Below, piece by piece: positions 1 through 10,509 of a DNA stretch of 64,000 nucleotides; positions within the stretch are counted from its first letter, which is position 1, and each line of letters opens with the position of its first letter. Source of the stretch: an uncultured Pontibacter sp. (GTDB taxonomy: Bacteria; Bacteroidota; Bacteroidia; Cytophagales; Hymenobacteraceae); NCBI GenBank assembly GCA_966250805.1, contig CBINIP010000014.1, positions 12,600 through 76,599 of the forward strand, in the 5' to 3' direction. The position numbers and the translations under genes are program-made. The notes beneath the pieces were generated by a model. The model was not told the origin of the DNA and made no database searches. It was given only the letters and a program-made list of their open reading frames with translations.

Positions 1-399
1 CCATGCCTGTGTATTTACTATACGCAAGTTCAAACGATAATCCGGGTGAGCGCCGGCATACGCGTCGCGCACATACAGCTTGCGATCTTTCAGGAAATCT
101 ACCATTTTAGCATGAAGCTGATCAAATTTCTCAGGATCAAAGGCTATGTTGATGTCACCCCACCAAACGGTATTTTCCGTTTTGGTATCTTTAACTACAA
201 AACGGTCTTTTGGAGAGCGGCCGGTAAATTTTCCTGTATCGCACATCAAGGCACCGGTGTCTGTCAGTACGCCTTCACCATTTTTGATGGCTTCTTCTAC
301 CAACTCAGCTGGGCTCAGGTTCCAAAGCACTTCTTGGGCCTCTTTGATGCCTATGCTATCAAGACCTACTGCATTAGATTTATTACCAGATTGTTTCAT
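1..399 (-). CDS. pckA: Phosphoenolpyruvate carboxykinase (ATP), N-terminal part; the CDS runs off the left edge
   Basis: Absent from the ORF track because it is truncated. The reverse complement from the ATG (397-399) reads MKQSGNKSNAVGLDSIGIKEAQEVLWNLSPAELVEEAIKNGEGVLTDTGALMCDTGKFTGRSPKDRFVVKD..., the PEPCK-ATP N-terminus including FTGRSPKD. The + strand ORFs 46-420 and 146-403 are its shadows. Confidence 0.85.
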   Translation of the reverse strand, partial: MKQSGNKSNAVGLDSIGIKEAQEVLWNLSPAELVEEAIKNGEGVLTDTGALMCDTGKFTGRSPKDRFVVKDTKTENTVWWGDINIAFDPEKFDQLHAKMVDFLKDRKLYVRDAYAGAHPDYRLNLRIVNTQAW

Positions 400-622
400 T
401 TGAAGTTAACGTGTTTTTAAAATAGTAAATAGTTTGTTTCACAACTATGCTACAAAAATATAAAAAATTGCATGTTTTACTAAGATTATGACAAATTAAT
501 AAGCAGGGCCTTACTGTTGCCTCACCCATAACGTAAAATGTTTGTCAATGTGCACCTAATCTGATATATTTACCTTCTGTGTATGCTAAAACTAATCTAA
601 ACAATCAATCATTTAAACGTCT

Positions 623-2068
623 ATGTCTGTTAATCAACAATCCCTTACCGAGCAGGTAAACGATCAAAACGCTTCGGGCGAGGCTGTTGCGAAGGGAAAA
701 CAAAAACACCCTAAGGGGCTGTACTTGTTGTTTTTCACTGAGCTTTGGGAGCGTTTCAGCTACTACGGTATGCGAGGCCTTCTTACCCTTTATCTTGTTA
801 AAACAGCCCAGCAAGGTGGTTTAGGCTTCAGCGAAGCTAGTGCTACCCTTATCTACGGCTGGTTTACAGGCCTAGTATATCTTACGCCTATAGCAGGTGG
901 TTGGTTAGCCGATAAATACATTGGACATCGCCGCGCAATACTTATAGGTGGTGTTACTATGGCATTAGGTCAGTTCAGTTTGTTCTCTACGCCTTACCTG
1001 GGCGTGGAAATGACTTACCTTGGCCTCTTACTGCTTATCCTTGGTAATGGTTTCTTTAAACCGAATATTTCTTCTATTGTAGGTAACCTTTATGCTCAGG
1101 GCGACCCACGCCGCGACTCAGCGTTTACAATCTTCTACATGGGTATCAATATTGGTGCTTTCCTGGCGCCACTTGTTTGTGGTTACCTTGCCGAAGACTA
1201 TTTCGCCACAAAAGAGGTAGTAAATGGTGTTGAAACTGTTACACGCTATGGTTTTCAGTATGGCTTCTTAGCTGCCGGTATCGGTATGGTTATCGGCCAG
1301 ATCGTTTTCAATACATTAGGCCAGAAATATCTTGGCAACTTAGGTTTGAAACCTGTTAAAGGCGAAACTGACGCAGCTACAGGCGAAGAGAAAAAATCAA
1401 CTAAACTTTCTAAAGAAGAGATTGATCGTGTTTCTGTGATCTTCATTATTTCTTTGTTTGTGATCTTCTTCTGGGCTGGTTTCGAGCAGGCTGGTAGTTC
1501 CCTTACACTTTATACAGATAAGTATATAGACAGAGAGGTATTCGGCTTATTAATTCCTACTTCATGGTTTCAGTCTGTTAACCCAGCATTTATTATTCTG
1601 TTATCCATACCAACTGCACAATTATGGTTATACCTAGCTAAAAGAGGAAAAGACCTGAGCATACCAACTAAAATGGGTCTGGGTATGATTTTGTTAGGAA
1701 TCGGCTTTTTCTTTATGGTTGGTGCTGTAATGGAACGTGGTGGTGTAGAAGATGAAACTGTAAAAGCTAGCATTGCCTGGTTGCTTGCTACTTATTTCTT
1801 CCACACAATCGGTGAGCTTTGCCTTTCCCCAATCGGCTTGTCGATGGTAACACGCTTGGCTCCGGTTTCCTTGGTATCGATGCTGATGGGTGTATGGTTC
1901 CTGGCTCCGTTTGTTGCTCAGATTGCCGGTGGTTACATTGCTTCTTATGTAGAAGAACTTGGTGCACTAACTATATTCTCTACAATTGGTGCTTTCGTAA
2001 TTGTGGCTGGTTTAATATTGATCGCCCTTACCCGTAAACTGATGTATATGATGCACGGCCGCGGCTAA
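623..2068 (+). CDS. POT/PTR2 family di-/tripeptide:proton symporter
   Basis: 481 aa. It has the PTR2 signature ELWERFSYYGMRGLL near the N-terminus and many hydrophobic TM-like segments. Confidence 0.85.
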   Translation: MSVNQQSLTEQVNDQNASGEAVAKGKQKHPKGLYLLFFTELWERFSYYGMRGLLTLYLVKTAQQGGLGFSEASATLIYGWFTGLVYLTPIAGGWLADKYIGHRRAILIGGVTMALGQFSLFSTPYLGVEMTYLGLLLLILGNGFFKPNISSIVGNLYAQGDPRRDSAFTIFYMGINIGAFLAPLVCGYLAEDYFATKEVVNGVETVTRYGFQYGFLAAGIGMVIGQIVFNTLGQKYLGNLGLKPVKGETDAATGEEKKSTKLSKEEIDRVSVIFIISLFVIFFWAGFEQAGSSLTLYTDKYIDREVFGLLIPTSWFQSVNPAFIILLSIPTAQLWLYLAKRGKDLSIPTKMGLGMILLGIGFFFMVGAVMERGGVEDETVKASIAWLLATYFFHTIGELCLSPIGLSMVTRLAPVSLVSMLMGVWFLAPFVAQIAGGYIASYVEELGALTIFSTIGAFVIVAGLILIALTRKLMYMMHGRG

Positions 2069-2086
2069 GCATTATCAATAATTTGC

Positions 2087-2124
2087 AAAAAAGGCTCTGC
2101 TTAGTTTAAGCAGAGCCTTTTTTA
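2087..2124 (+). terminator. Rho-independent terminator after the POT transporter gene
   Basis: 10-bp stem GGCTCTGCTT / AAGCAGAGCC (2093-2102 / 2108-2117) with a 5-nt loop, followed by a T-run. Confidence 0.75.
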
Positions 2125-2251
2125 TTTATGTTTTATACTTTTACATTTCACAAAATAACCCAGCCTAATAACATTGCTTTCTGATAATTACATCGAAACT
2201 GAACTATATTAAAATTTTAGATGTAGTGTCAAATATTTATACTTTTAGCCC

Positions 2252-2857
2252 ATGTTATTATCATACCGGAAGTGGCTGCAGACAGCAGCTCTTGCTATTA
2301 TGTTACCTACAGTTGTAGCCTGCGACAAATCCAGCGAAGATAGTATTGCTCTGAATCCAGCACCTGAACCTGCTACAGCAACTTATACTATAAAAAAGGG
2401 CGAACACAGCTCCAGCAGTCCATTTAAAGTTGTTTCAACTGACAGAATACGCTTTGAGGTAGTATTTGATAGCTCTGCCGTTTACAATACTGCTAAGCCT
2501 GCAAACCAAGCTGATATCAATAAACTTTATGGTCTTTCTGATTGCAGTTCAGACCATCATACAAACAGTGCACGATTTGGCTGGCGCTGGTATAATAACC
2601 AATTAGAAATACATGCTTATACTTACCTCAACAAGAAGCGGCAGTCTGCTTTAGTTGGTGTTGTGCCTTTAGGAAAGCCTGCAGTGTATGAGATTAAGAT
2701 GCAGGAAGGGGAATATGTGTTTACTTTAAATGGTGTGCAGGTAAAGCTGCCAAGAGCCTGCAACGGAAAAGGAGAGGGTTACCAGTTGTACCCATACTTT
2801 GGCGGAGATGAAGTAGCCCCGCATGATATTAAGATTGCTATCAAGGAGCTACTATAG
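2252..2857 (+). CDS. Hypothetical lipoprotein
   Basis: 201 aa. It has a signal peptide ending in a lipobox-like TVVAC. I recognise no family. Confidence 0.6.
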   Translation: MLLSYRKWLQTAALAIMLPTVVACDKSSEDSIALNPAPEPATATYTIKKGEHSSSSPFKVVSTDRIRFEVVFDSSAVYNTAKPANQADINKLYGLSDCSSDHHTNSARFGWRWYNNQLEIHAYTYLNKKRQSALVGVVPLGKPAVYEIKMQEGEYVFTLNGVQVKLPRACNGKGEGYQLYPYFGGDEVAPHDIKIAIKELL

Positions 2858-2914
2858 TTTATATTATGGTTTAGGCAACAATAGTACCGATTCAGTAAAA
2901 GATAAATAATTATA

Positions 2915-2956
2915 AAAGTAAAACGCCCGGGCTTTAAGTCCGGGCGTTTTACTTTT
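2915..2956. terminator. Bidirectional terminator hairpin between the convergent lipoprotein gene and groEL
   Basis: AAAAGTAAAACGCCCGG ... CCGGGCGTTTTACTTTT forms a long GC-cored stem flanked by A- and T-runs. Confidence 0.75.
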
Positions 2957-2980
2957 AAGAGTATAAACTATGGGGTCTGA

Positions 2981-4636
<1,656 letters not shown>

Positions 4637-4653
4637 TTAACTCTTAATTCAGA

Positions 4654-4944
4654 TTAAAGAATAGCCAGAATATCAGACTCACGCATGATCAGGTAGTCGC
4701 TACCATCTACTGAAATCTCAGTACCAGCGTATTTGCCATACAAAACTTGGTCGCCTACCTGTACCTGTGGTTTCAGAGTCGCACCCTGCTCAGATACTTT
4801 ACCTTCGCCAACGGCTACTACCTCGCCACGCTGTGGTTTTTCTTTAGCAGTGTCAGGAATAATGATACCCGATTTGGTTTTTTCTTCTGCTGCAGCAGGA
4901 GCTACAATTACTCGGTCTGCTAATGGTTTAATGCTGATTGACAT
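4654..4944 (-). CDS. groES: Co-chaperonin GroES (Cpn10)
   Basis: 96 aa reading [10 protein letters not shown]...[13 protein letters not shown]. It lies 41 nt upstream of groEL on the same strand. Confidence 0.97.
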   Translation of the reverse strand: MSISIKPLADRVIVAPAAAEEKTKSGIIIPDTAKEKPQRGEVVAVGEGKVSEQGATLKPQVQVGDQVLYGKYAGTEISVDGSDYLIMRESDILAIL

Positions 4945-5151
4945 AGTTTGTTATGTTATGAAGTTTATATATGGTTGATATTTTAGCTTTAGAACCACAA
5001 GGCTATTATCATTTCCTGTGCCAAGCCGGTTTTAAGAGCATTTTAAGCCATTTTTTCAGAAATCAGGAGGCAGATTATGACATTTTTGTCAGGCCTGTGT
5101 CAGGTTGCTCTTGCTGATACGTCAGATACTGCCAGAAAGGGCAGAGGCTAA

Positions 5152-5181
5152 AAAGAAAAAAGCCGGCACAAAGGCCGGCTT
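5152..5181 (-). terminator. Rho-independent terminator downstream of secG
   Basis: On the minus strand the sequence is AAGCCGGC-ctttgt-GCCGGCTT followed by TTTTTCTTTTT. Confidence 0.7.
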
Positions 5182-5200
5182 CAACTTCTTTAAGTATAAA

Positions 5201-5590
5201 TTACTGCTGGTTTGCAGAGTCTACCATTGCAGGGATATCACCTGCATCCGGAATAGCTGCTGTTGTGTCGGTAGTAGCGCCTGGCAGTGCAGCAGGAGCT
5301 CCAGGCTGCTGAGCCTGACGAGCACGCTCCTCGTTAACGCTTCTGTTTGCAGAAGTATCCTGAGAAGAACCTACCAGCATTTGTGAACCAAGTGTTAGAA
5401 CAATAAGGGCAATCGCGAATCCCCATGTCAGTTTCTCTAACAAGTCACCTGTGCGCTTAACGCCCATTAACTGGCTTGTGCTACCGCCAAACTGGCCTGA
5501 AAGTCCGCCTCCCTTAGGGTTTTGGGCTAACACAACTAAAATAAGCAGTACGCAAATGAAAACAATGATACTGATGAGGGCGATGTACAT
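5201..5590 (-). CDS. secG: Preprotein translocase subunit SecG with a long low-complexity C-terminal tail
   Basis: 129 aa. An N-terminal TM segment is followed by the QNPKGGGL motif and a second TM segment. Confidence 0.85.
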   Translation of the reverse strand: MYIALISIIVFICVLLILVVLAQNPKGGGLSGQFGGSTSQLMGVKRTGDLLEKLTWGFAIALIVLTLGSQMLVGSSQDTSANRSVNEERARQAQQPGAPAALPGATTDTTAAIPDAGDIPAMVDSANQQ

Positions 5591-5591
5591 A

Positions 5592-6956
5592 TTAGGTTAC
5601 GTTTTGTAATTTTTCTATCTGTTCGACAAAGTAAGCTTTTTTTTCCGGATTTTTCAAAATCAGTTGTTCATATATTTTGATTGCCTTGTTTACTTTTCCC
5701 TGCTTCAGGAAAATATTGGCAAGGCTCTCGGAAGCCATTCCTTTCTTTATTTTAGAGCTTTTAAGCGACAGATCTTCCTGTGGCTCGGGCTTAAGCTTCA
5801 CGTTTGCCATCGTTTTCAGGCGCGGGTTCAGCTTTAAAAACTGGTCAATTATATCCAGCTGATGGCTAAGCGCATTCGTATTAGGCTGTATGGCCTTCTC
5901 CAGTTCATGTGTTTTGCTGTATTCTAATATAAGCTCCGGATGAAACCCCTGCGGTCGCGGCCTGGTGTATTCATCCTTCAACTGCAGCACTTCACCTAAC
6001 CGACTGGAGCCCATCCAGTAACCAAGTGCATCTTCTACAAACAGCCTGTCTATCTCATCAGAAGTATAATGTATTTCTGCGGCATCATAGTCAGCAGTAG
6101 CAGCAGGCTCCTCAATGGCAGCAAATGGTAGTACTTCCAGGTTAGTGGCAGCTGCTGGTTCATCCGGATTATTATCTTCAACAACCGGCTTCCCGATCTG
6201 CACAACTATAGCATTTTCAAAGTATAAATTTGCGGCATCATCCAGTCCACAATCAAGAGATAGGGTTATCTCGTCTTTTTCAAACTCTTCGATCTCCGCC
6301 AGCGCTTCGCCGGTCTCGCTGAAATGATCTGCAAAAGTAGCTTCTGGCTCAGGTGTTGCAGGTATAATAGAATATAGAGGCGCGGGCTGGGGAGCTAATA
6401 AATCAGTGGAAGAGGAGCTAAGGCTGTTAAAAGTAAGCAGCATAGCCAGCTCAGAAGACATTTTACTATCTTCATCATCAACAGGAGCAGGGTCAGCAAC
6501 ATCTTCTTCAGCTATAACTTCTTCCTCAACTAAAGTATAAGCTTCTGTCTCAGCTTCAGAGATTGTTTCAACCTCTTCTTCAACAAGTATAGCTTCAGGC
6601 TCAACCGGCATTGTCACTTCTTCTTCAGAAGTATAAACTGCTTCAACGGTCGATTCTGTAGCAATTTCTTCCTCAACTAAAACCTGCGTTGTCTCTTCCG
6701 GCTCGAAAACCGGCTCAGGTGCATAAGAAGTATAAATTACACGCTTTAATAATTGTCTGTCGGTGGCATACGAAGAGGCCCGACGCAGACGTTGAGTAGA
6801 AAGCATACTGCCTTTATCGTAAGCTGATTTAGCCAACAATAAATGCGCTGTCTGGCAATATGGGAAGGTCGCCGCCACCTTTTCCAGCTCTTCTGTTTGC
6901 TGGTCAGAGATGTTGGATACCTGTTGTATCAGTTTAAGGAAAGCCGATTTATTCAT
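5592..6956 (-). CDS. Hypothetical acidic protein with a C-terminal TPR-like motif
   Basis: 454 aa. The centre is rich in E/V/A/T. The C-terminus reads ANIFLKQGKVNKAIKIYEQLILKNPEKKAYF. Its stop lies 1 nt before the secG start. Confidence 0.6.
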   Translation of the reverse strand: MNKSAFLKLIQQVSNISDQQTEELEKVAATFPYCQTAHLLLAKSAYDKGSMLSTQRLRRASSYATDRQLLKRVIYTSYAPEPVFEPEETTQVLVEEEIATESTVEAVYTSEEEVTMPVEPEAILVEEEVETISEAETEAYTLVEEEVIAEEDVADPAPVDDEDSKMSSELAMLLTFNSLSSSSTDLLAPQPAPLYSIIPATPEPEATFADHFSETGEALAEIEEFEKDEITLSLDCGLDDAANLYFENAIVVQIGKPVVEDNNPDEPAAATNLEVLPFAAIEEPAATADYDAAEIHYTSDEIDRLFVEDALGYWMGSSRLGEVLQLKDEYTRPRPQGFHPELILEYSKTHELEKAIQPNTNALSHQLDIIDQFLKLNPRLKTMANVKLKPEPQEDLSLKSSKIKKGMASESLANIFLKQGKVNKAIKIYEQLILKNPEKKAYFVEQIEKLQNVT

Positions 6957-6989
6957 GTAGGGTTACTATCGCTTGTACAGCGCCACTCA

Positions 6990-7517
6990 TTACCAGTTGG
7001 CTACGCTTTTATTAAATACATCTGTTACAAGGCGCTCAGTCATCTGATCGATGGAAGCAGGAGGGATCTGAGTTATATCCACGTTCTGCTGAAAATCCTG
7101 AGAAATAGAAAAGAGCTGATCAAAGTTCTGCTCCGGGTTCTTTGTATTTGTAAAGCGTACCTGCACACCAAGGGTTAGTCGGTTTAGTGCAGCCTGGTCG
7201 TTATTGCCTTCGCGCTGAATGGCAGCAGGGCTAATTGTAAAGCTAACAATCTGGCCTTCTAATTGCAAATCGCCTTCGCGCTGAAGTATAGTTAAATTTG
7301 TATTTCGGCGATAAAAATTCTTGAAGTTATTGGTTACAATCTGTGTAAGGTTCGCAGGACCTTCGCCGGAACTGTTCTCAAAGTTCTGAATAGAGATCGT
7401 TTTTATATCAGGTGAAATAGATGTACCAGTAAAAGAATAAATGCCGCAGCCGCTGGTAACTATAAGCAACAGCAGCAAACTATAACTGATATATCTAAAC
7501 TTAGTCTTCAATGTCAT
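6990..7517 (-). CDS. lptE: LptE-family LPS-assembly lipoprotein (putative)
   Basis: 175 aa with lipobox VTSGC. It occupies the expected position in the conserved Bacteroidota block between the sigma54 activator and secG. It overlaps the upstream gene by 17 nt. Confidence 0.55.
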   Translation of the reverse strand: MTLKTKFRYISYSLLLLLIVTSGCGIYSFTGTSISPDIKTISIQNFENSSGEGPANLTQIVTNNFKNFYRRNTNLTILQREGDLQLEGQIVSFTISPAAIQREGNNDQAALNRLTLGVQVRFTNTKNPEQNFDQLFSISQDFQQNVDITQIPPASIDQMTERLVTDVFNKSVANW

Positions 7518-8787
7518 ACTGTTTTAATTTGCGGTAAAGGGTTCTTTCTGAAATGCCCAGATCGTTTGCGGCATGCTTACGCTTGTTATTATGCTTCTTC
7601 AGCGCCTTTAAGATCAGTTCTTTTTCTTTGTCTTCCAACGACAGGCTTTCTTCTTCGGTCTCGTGCGGAATATCTTCAACCTTTTCTTCCTCATCTTCAT
7701 CGTAATTATCTACTTTAGAAGACTTTACCGGAATATAATAAGCATCGGAAGGCTCGGCATGCTGGAAGCTACGGCTTGGAGCATAATGGTGGTCGATGTT
7801 CTCGAAAAGATGCCCGTGTTCCTTTAAAAGATCAGTATTCGGCCCCTGATGTGTTAGCAACTCAAAAACAAGCTTCTTCAGTTCCGATACATCACGGCGC
7901 ATATCGAACAGAACTTTGTATAAAAGATCCCGTTCCGAAAAACTTTGTCCAGACGACTGATCTTTGGTACCAAACAAAGTAGGCAAAGAGCTGGCTTGTT
8001 CGCGTGGCAGGTAGTCGCGTAGTTTCTGGGCGTTAACCTCACGGTCATACTCCAGCACAGACATTTGCTCTACAATATTTTTAAGCTGGCGAATGTTGCC
8101 CGGGAAACGGAAGCTAAGCAGCTCCTGAATAGCATCCGGTGTAAGTGTAATAGGCTTAACCTTATACTTTTCAGAAAAGTCGCTGGCAAACTTTCTGAAC
8201 AACAAATAAATATCCTCGCCGCGTTCACGTAATGGTGGAACCGTAATAGGCACCGTACTTAAACGATAGTATAAATCCTCCCTGAACGTTCCTTTCTCAA
8301 CAGCATTCAGGAGGTTTACGTTGGTAGCAGCTACTACGCGTACATCTGTTTTCTGAACTTTAGAAGAACCTACTTTTATAAACTCGCCATTTTCAAGCAC
8401 ACGCAACAGGCGGGCCTGCGTGCCAAGCGGCATTTCACCGATCTCATCAAGAAAAATGGTACCGCCGTCTGTTACTTCAAAATATCCTTTGCGTGCTTCC
8501 TGGGCTCCGGTAAAAGAACCTTTTTCGTGGCCGAAAAGCTCCGAATCAATGGTTCCTTCAGGTATAGCACCACAGTTGATAGCAATAAACTGCCCATGCT
8601 TACGAGGGCTGAGCTGGTGAATGATCTTCGAAAAAGATTCTTTACCACTTCCGCTTTCACCCGTAATCATCACCGTCATATCGGTTGGAGCCACCTGCAC
8701 CGCCACCTGTATGGCATGATTCAGCAAGGGTGAGTTACCGATTATGCCGAAGCGCTGCTTTATACTTTGAATATCGATATTGCGCAT
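7501..8787 (-). CDS. Sigma-54-dependent Fis-family transcriptional activator, AAA+ plus HTH, no receiver domain
   Basis: 428 aa. It has the Walker A motif GESGSGKE, the ESELFGHEKGSFTGA (GAFTGA-type) loop and a C-terminal Fis-type HTH (AANDLGISERTLYRKLK). Confidence 0.9.
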   Translation of the reverse strand: MRNIDIQSIKQRFGIIGNSPLLNHAIQVAVQVAPTDMTVMITGESGSGKESFSKIIHQLSPRKHGQFIAINCGAIPEGTIDSELFGHEKGSFTGAQEARKGYFEVTDGGTIFLDEIGEMPLGTQARLLRVLENGEFIKVGSSKVQKTDVRVVAATNVNLLNAVEKGTFREDLYYRLSTVPITVPPLRERGEDIYLLFRKFASDFSEKYKVKPITLTPDAIQELLSFRFPGNIRQLKNIVEQMSVLEYDREVNAQKLRDYLPREQASSLPTLFGTKDQSSGQSFSERDLLYKVLFDMRRDVSELKKLVFELLTHQGPNTDLLKEHGHLFENIDHHYAPSRSFQHAEPSDAYYIPVKSSKVDNYDEDEEEKVEDIPHETEEESLSLEDKEKELILKALKKHNNKRKHAANDLGISERTLYRKLKQYDIED

Positions 8788-8883
8788 GTTTTTAGATTTG
8801 AAGATGAGAAGATCCGGAAATTTGAAGATGGAGTACTGTGAAGATCGAATATTTCAAATCTTCACATTCCCAAATCTCCAGAT

Positions 8884-10323
8884 CTAATCGATGGCTTCGC
8901 CGAACAAGGTTCCTACGCTGCAGTCGGTAACGAGCACATTCACGTAATCGCCTTTTTTGTAGTGCTTCTTATCGAACACAACTACTTTGTTCTGGTCGTT
9001 GCGGCCACTCAGTTGCTGGTCTGACTTTTTAGAGAATCCTTCTACCAGAACCTTGTGCACCTTACCAATATCACGTTTGTTGCGGTTCAGCGAGGTTTCG
9101 CGCTGCTTGTTTATTACTTCATCCAGACGACGTTTCTTCACTTCAAGCGGAATATCGTCTTCCAGTTTGCGGGCTGCCAGTGTACCAGGTCGCTCAGAGT
9201 AGAAGAACATGTATGAGTAGTCGTACTGCACGTAATCCATCAGCGACAGCGTATCATGGTGTTCTTCCTCGGTTTCGGTGCAGAAGCCCGAGATCATATC
9301 AGATGATATACCACAATCTTCACCAAGTATGCGGCGGATGGCATCAACACGGTTGATATACCAAGCACGGTCGTAAGTGCGGTTCATCAGTTCAAGTATG
9401 CGAGAGTTTCCGCTCTGGGCAGGTAAATGTATGTATTTGCAGATGTTGTCATACTTCTTCATGGTGTATAACACTTCATCTGTAATGTCTTTAGGGTGAG
9501 AAGTGGAGAAACGCACACGCAGATCAGGGGTCACAAGCGCCACCATTTCCAGCAGTTGAGCAAAATTTACACTCTCAGTACCATCTTCAGAAGACCAGTG
9601 GTAAGAGTCTACGTTCTGGCCCAGCAGCGTTACTTCTTTATAGTTCTGATCTACAAGATTCTGTACTTCGCGCACAATAGAATGCGCGTCGCGGCTGCGC
9701 TCGCGGCCACGGGTAAACGGTACCACACAGAAAGAGCACATATTGTTGCAACCACGCATGATCGAAACAAAAGCACTCACGCCATTGCTGTTCAGGCGAA
9801 TAGGGTTGATGTCAGCATATGTTTCTTCGCGAGAAAGCAACACGTTCACTGCTTTCTGACCACCATCAACTTCGCTGATCAGGTTAGGAAGGTCACGATA
9901 AGCATCCGGGCCAACCACCAGATCCACTATCTTTTCTTCTTCCAACAGCGATTTCTTCAGACGCTCGGCCATACAACCAAGCACACCAACTACAAGGTTT
10001 GGCTTCTTCTTTTTGTGGTAGTTGATTTGGCCTAAGCGGTTACGAACAGTTTGTTCAGCTTTTTCGCGAATAGAGCAGGTATTCAATAATACAACATCGG
10101 CCAGTTCTATCTGAGAAGTAGTATCAAAGCCTTCTTCAAAAAGAATAGACGACACAATCTCGCTATCAGAGAAATTCATGGCACAGCCATAACTCTCGAT
10201 GTATAGTTTGCGCGATTTACCTGTGTTTACTTCTTTGGTAACCTGTGTATCGCATGAAGCAGCTTGTGCCTGCTCGGGTGTGCGATTATCTATAAACTCT
10301 AAATCCTTGATCAGTGAATCCAT
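8884..10323 (-). CDS. miaB: tRNA-i6A37 methylthiotransferase MiaB
   Basis: It has the radical-SAM CNNMCSFC motif plus UPF0004 and TRAM regions. I set the start at the internal ATG (MDSLIK...) because a TATATTTG -7 box lies inside the longer ORF-track extension (to 10353). Confidence 0.9.
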   Translation of the reverse strand: MDSLIKDLEFIDNRTPEQAQAASCDTQVTKEVNTGKSRKLYIESYGCAMNFSDSEIVSSILFEEGFDTTSQIELADVVLLNTCSIREKAEQTVRNRLGQINYHKKKKPNLVVGVLGCMAERLKKSLLEEEKIVDLVVGPDAYRDLPNLISEVDGGQKAVNVLLSREETYADINPIRLNSNGVSAFVSIMRGCNNMCSFCVVPFTRGRERSRDAHSIVREVQNLVDQNYKEVTLLGQNVDSYHWSSEDGTESVNFAQLLEMVALVTPDLRVRFSTSHPKDITDEVLYTMKKYDNICKYIHLPAQSGNSRILELMNRTYDRAWYINRVDAIRRILGEDCGISSDMISGFCTETEEEHHDTLSLMDYVQYDYSYMFFYSERPGTLAARKLEDDIPLEVKKRRLDEVINKQRETSLNRNKRDIGKVHKVLVEGFSKKSDQQLSGRNDQNKVVVFDKKHYKKGDYVNVLVTDCSVGTLFGEAID

Positions 10324-10342
10324 ACTTAAGCAATTATAAGCG

Positions 10343-10350
10343 CAAATATA
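10343..10350 (-). promoter_or_regulatory. Bacteroidota-type -7 promoter box (TATATTTG) for miaB
   Basis: It matches TAnnTTTG on the minus strand, about 20 nt upstream of the ATG at 10323. Confidence 0.45.
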
Positions 10351-10390
10351 CAAGTTTCCGCCTTAAGCGTGACAGAATGACAGGATATAA

Positions 10391-10425
10391 TTTCGAATTA
10401 AGAATCATGAATTAGAAATTACAGG
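10391..10425 (+). repeat. 7-bp-period tandem array (TTTCGAA TTAAGAA TCATGAA TTAGAAA TTACAGG)
   Basis: Read directly from the sequence, in the pabB-miaB intergenic region. 10394-10414 matches 49127-49147 at 19 of 21 positions. Confidence 0.65.
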
Positions 10426-10509
10426 AAGAAGCACGCATGCTGTTATTGCCGCTAAAACTGTCAATTTCTGTGTTTTATACTTCTATATAAACCAACTTGG
10501 AACAAAGAC

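Noticed and set aside
46-420. Two overlapping + strand ORFs (46-420 and 146-403) at the left edge.
   Set aside because: The minus strand encodes a clear PEPCK-ATP N-terminus over 1-399. The + strand translations have no family resemblance.
4945-5100. I looked for a CIRCE operator (TTAGCACTC-N9-GAGTGCTAA) upstream of groES. A TGGCAC string (5018-5023, minus strand) also looked like a sigma-54 -24 box.
   Set aside because: No CIRCE-like inverted repeat is present. The TGGCAC is followed by AGGAAATGA instead of the TTGC -12 element at the required spacing.
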